Below, in pieces: positions 7,879-10,218 of a stretch of 10,218 nucleotides of DNA. The stretch spans positions 1 to 10,218 of the forward strand of contig CAXBPH010000255.1 of assembly GCA_963977445.1 (NCBI GenBank), given 5' to 3'. Source of the DNA: an uncultured bacterium. GTDB lineage: Bacteria > Hydrogenedentota > Hydrogenedentia > Hydrogenedentales > JAEUWI01. The notes beneath the pieces are model-generated. The model worked only from the letters and a program-made list of their open reading frames with translations. It was not told the DNA's origin and ran no database searches. A program made the position numbers and the translations under genes. Numbering within the stretch: position 1 is the first letter of the stretch; every line of letters begins with the position of its first letter.

Positions 7879-8930
7879 GGGACGACTCCTTTTCCGTGGC
7901 TGGCACAGAGCTCAAACTGCCCGGTGCGCGCAACAGGAAGTTGGCCGGCATCACGGATAGTTCGCTCCATGAATTGCCGGGTCAGGGATGCAGGCGATTC
8001 GGAGGCCGCCAGTTGCATGATGCGCTCTTTTCCCAGGGTGCCATCGAGATCGTCTGCACCGAAGCTCAATGCCGCGGAAGCCGTTTCCAGCCCGATGGTG
8101 GGCCAATAGGCCTTGACGTGAGAAAAGTTATCGAGAACCAATCGCGATAGCGCTATGATTCGCAGAGAGCGGGGCGCCGCGACGGGGCGAGCCACCAGTT
8201 GGGTTTCCCCCGGCAAATAGGCCAGCGGAATAAAACTTTGAAAGCCACCGGTGCGATCCTGAAGGTCGCGGAGCTTCATGAGGTGCGCAATAATTTCCTG
8301 GTCTGTTTCTATATGCCCGAAGAGCATGGTGGCGTTGCTGGGCAGCCCCACGTCGTGGGCTTCCGCGTGAATGCGCAACCAGTCGACCGGGCCTATCTTA
8401 TCGTTGTACAGGGTCTGGTGAATGCGCTCGGACAGTATTTCTGCGCCACCACCGGGCACCATGTCGACACCGCCGTCCTGCATCTGCTCAAGGATGTGCC
8501 GCGTCGTTGTCTTTTCCATGCGGGCAAAGTACGAAATTTCCACGGCCGTGAAGGCCTTAATCCACAACGATGGACGGGCCGCTCGAATGGCGCGGACCAA
8601 ATCCAGCGAACGTCGAAAGTGCCAGCCGGGCCAGAGTCCGCCAACGATATGGGCTTCCACGATGCTCGTGTCTTCGAGGTCCCGGAGAATTTCGGTCTCT
8701 GTCAGTTCGTAGGCATGGGCGTCGTTCTTCTTCGCGGCGAAGTCGCAAAACTTGCAGGCGTAGACACACAGGTTGGTGGGGTTTACGTGACGATTCTGCA
8801 CGTAGGTGACGCGGTCGCCGTAGCGATTACGTTTCTCTTCAAAAGCCATACGGCCCAACACAAGCAGGGGTGTTTCCCGCAGATGCTGGAGCGCCGTAAG
8901 GTGGTCGAGTCGAGAATCGGTTTGAAGCAT
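7866..8930 (-). CDS. mqnE: Aminofutalosine synthase, radical SAM (CofH/MqnC/MqnE family)
   Basis: CxxxCxxC in NRHVNPTNLCVYACKFCDF, plus HIVGG, KAFTAVEI, PGGGAEI, SNATMLFGHIE, the MqnE-type HVKAYW and GADDLDGT. It has a good RBS and mqn neighbours. Confidence 0.92.
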   Translation of the reverse strand: MLQTDSRLDHLTALQHLRETPLLVLGRMAFEEKRNRYGDRVTYVQNRHVNPTNLCVYACKFCDFAAKKNDAHAYELTETEILRDLEDTSIVEAHIVGGLWPGWHFRRSLDLVRAIRAARPSLWIKAFTAVEISYFARMEKTTTRHILEQMQDGGVDMVPGGGAEILSERIHQTLYNDKIGPVDWLRIHAEAHDVGLPSNATMLFGHIETDQEIIAHLMKLRDLQDRTGGFQSFIPLAYLPGETQLVARPVAAPRSLRIIALSRLVLDNFSHVKAYWPTIGLETASAALSFGADDLDGTLGKERIMQLAASESPASLTRQFMERTIRDAGQLPVARTGQFELCASHGKGVVPCFV

Positions 8931-8957
8931 AGCACTTCCTTTCTATGACTCTGTAAG

Positions 8958-8974
8958 AGAAAGAAGTGTGCCAA
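8958..8974 (-). promoter_or_regulatory. Sigma-54-like -24/-12 promoter with a non-canonical -12
   Basis: The minus strand reads TTGGCACACTTCTTTCT against the consensus TGGCAC-N5-TTGC. The -24 block is perfect and the -12 reads TTTC. The implied start is near 8947, just ahead of the RBS AAAGGAAG (8935-8942) and the ATG at 8930. Confidence 0.6.
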
Positions 8975-9052
8975 AACCGTCAGAGCGGTAGTTTCCCCAA
9001 TGTTTTCGATGATTACGGGCCCCTTCCGACCTTTATGCGCCCTCCCGATGGG

Positions 9053-9142
9053 TGCAACCGAAGTTGACGGCAAGATTGGAGACTGAATGGTTGCAAGGAC
9101 TTACAGCACGCAACCAACGGTGCACCTGCAACCAAAGTTGCG
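9053..9142. promoter_or_regulatory. Putative upstream activator (bEBP enhancer) sites
   Basis: Three 16-bp imperfect palindromes fit TGCAAC-N4-GTTGCA: 9053-9068 TGCAACCGAAGTTGAC, 9109-9124 CGCAACCAACGGTGCA and 9127-9142 TGCAACCAAAGTTGCG. A half-site GTTGCA lies at 9090-9095. They sit about 80-170 bp upstream of the -24 element. Confidence 0.65.
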
Positions 9143-9369
9143 CCCTGATTTACAAGACCTCCAGGCAGCAAGGGGCCGTCGAAAAAAAACGGTCCATGGG
9201 CAATTGCCATCTGGGAAAAGCGGTTTCCAGTAACTGGTCGTGCCGCGCGATCCCCAAAAGGCGAGTATCAACGAGTCCTGACGGGTTCGTGCGTAAGTCG
9301 TCGCGCCTAAGCTGGGCGGCCCTCCTGCCCCGGGCCGGAGGCAGGTTGCTTTTACGTCTTCGACGTAAT

Positions 9370-9392
9370 GCAGGCGAGCCGCCTGCGCTCCC
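9370..9392. repeat. REP-like GC-rich palindrome
   Basis: GCAGGCG-AGC-CGCCTGC forms a perfect 7-bp stem (9370-9386) followed by GCTCCC. It is intergenic, has no poly-U tail and resembles REP-type extragenic palindromes. There is one clear copy in this window. Confidence 0.45.
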
Positions 9393-9499
9393 AAGCGCCA
9401 AGTCTGGAAGCTGAAAACCAAATCACTTAGAAGATGTCCGAGATGAAGCTTTGCTTATTTAGTTGCCCATGAGCCGAACATCAGCGAGCGCAGAGCGTC

Positions 9500-10218
9500 T
9501 CAAACACCATCCCCCGTCTGGCGCAATCGCTTGTTCAGTGCCTGCCGGGATATGCCGAGCATTTCGGCGGCAATGGCCTGGTTGCCCCCGGCCCGATGCA
9601 GGGCCTCTTCCACGAGTAACTCCGTGTTTTCCTTGAGGGTCGGAAGGACATCCCCAAAGGTGACCGCGACTCTCGTGTGATGCGCCGTGTCGTCATCGGG
9701 CGAAATATCACGCACGTGCTCTTTGAAACGGGACATGGACAACACGCCGCCACTGTGGTGGGTGACGGCATCCATCACCATGGAGCGCAACTCACGCACG
9801 TTGCCCGGAAAGTGATAGGTCTTCAACAGGGAGCTGAGTTCCCGGGGGGCCGTGGGGCGGCTCTTGTCGAGCAGTCGGGCCGCATCGTCGAGGAAAAACT
9901 CCAGGAGCGGTGCAATGTCTTCCCGCCGTTCGCGCAGGGGTGGCACCGTGACGCGGTGGGTATGGAGTCGGTAATAGAGGTCTTTTCGGAAGGCACCACT
10001 TTCGGTGAGGGCCTTGAGGTCACAGTTGGTCGCCGCAACGACCCGGGCGTCAGATTTTCGCGCCACGTCGGAGCCCAGAGGGTAGTACTCCCCTTCCTGA
10101 AGCAAACGCAGGAGCTTTACCTGCGCCGGACCGTCTAGATCGCCGATTTCATCGAGAAAAAGGGTTCCTGCGGCGGCTTGCTCAATCAATCCCGGGCGGG
10201 CAACGTCGGCACCGGTGA
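9500..10218 (-). CDS. Sigma-54-dependent transcriptional activator (NtrC/bEBP family; AAA+ plus Fis-type HTH), 5'-partial
   Basis: The frame stays open to the window edge and reads (F)TGADVARPGLIEQA, the tail of the GAFTGA loop. It also has Walker B LFLDEIGD, RVVAATN, FRKDLYYRL, FPGNVREL and the C-terminal HTH GGNQAIAAEMLGISRQALNKRL. The TTG at 10189 in the ORF track is not the true start. Confidence 0.96.
   Translation of the reverse strand, partial: TGADVARPGLIEQAAAGTLFLDEIGDLDGPAQVKLLRLLQEGEYYPLGSDVARKSDARVVAATNCDLKALTESGAFRKDLYYRLHTHRVTVPPLRERREDIAPLLEFFLDDAARLLDKSRPTAPRELSSLLKTYHFPGNVRELRSMVMDAVTHHSGGVLSMSRFKEHVRDISPDDDTAHHTRVAVTFGDVLPTLKENTELLVEEALHRAGGNQAIAAEMLGISRQALNKRLRQTGDGV

Noticed and set aside
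6003..8930. Calling the two radical SAM genes cofH/cofG (F420 synthesis) or RiPP maturases for the 46-aa ORF
   Set aside because: The HVKAYW and HIQASW signatures and the adjacent mqnA/mqnD identify MqnE and MqnC. No SPASM or RRE features are evident.
9175..9230. Possible intrinsic terminator at the A8 run (T8 on the minus strand)
   Set aside because: No strong GC stem immediately precedes the T-tract, and the nearby palindromes are weak or misplaced.
9013..9421. Several short overlapping ORFs in the regulator-mqnE spacer
   Set aside because: They conflict with each other, are Arg/Pro-rich with no motifs, and overlap the putative enhancer and REP-like elements.
1..10218. CRISPR arrays, tRNA/rRNA genes and long tandem repeats
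   Set aside because: No regularly spaced repeats or RNA-gene signatures were seen, and nearly all the sequence is explained by protein-coding genes.

Overview
The window is almost entirely coding on the minus strand and reads as one tightly packed operon (8930 down to about 2), lying downstream of a partial sigma-54 enhancer-binding protein gene (9500..>10218). The operon opens with four futalosine-pathway (alternative menaquinone) genes in the order mqnE, mqnA, mqnC, mqnD. It continues with a 214-aa orphan, an unannotated 46-aa ORF, a secreted CGCYH-motif protein, a secreted DUF547-type protein, a pseudo-receiver fused to an extended SDR reductase, an SCP2 lipid-binding protein and an MMPL/RND-type exporter. 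The exporter is cut short near the window edge, possibly by an IS end. Upstream of mqnE are a sigma-54-like -24/-12 element and three 16-bp imperfect palindromes that look like activator sites. No mqnB/MTAN, prenyltransferase, decarboxylase or methyltransferase gene is visible. The leading hypothesis, which is inference only, is an inducible cluster that couples naphthoate/naphthoquinone core synthesis to lipid modification and export. All family calls come from motif recognition by eye; no searches were run.
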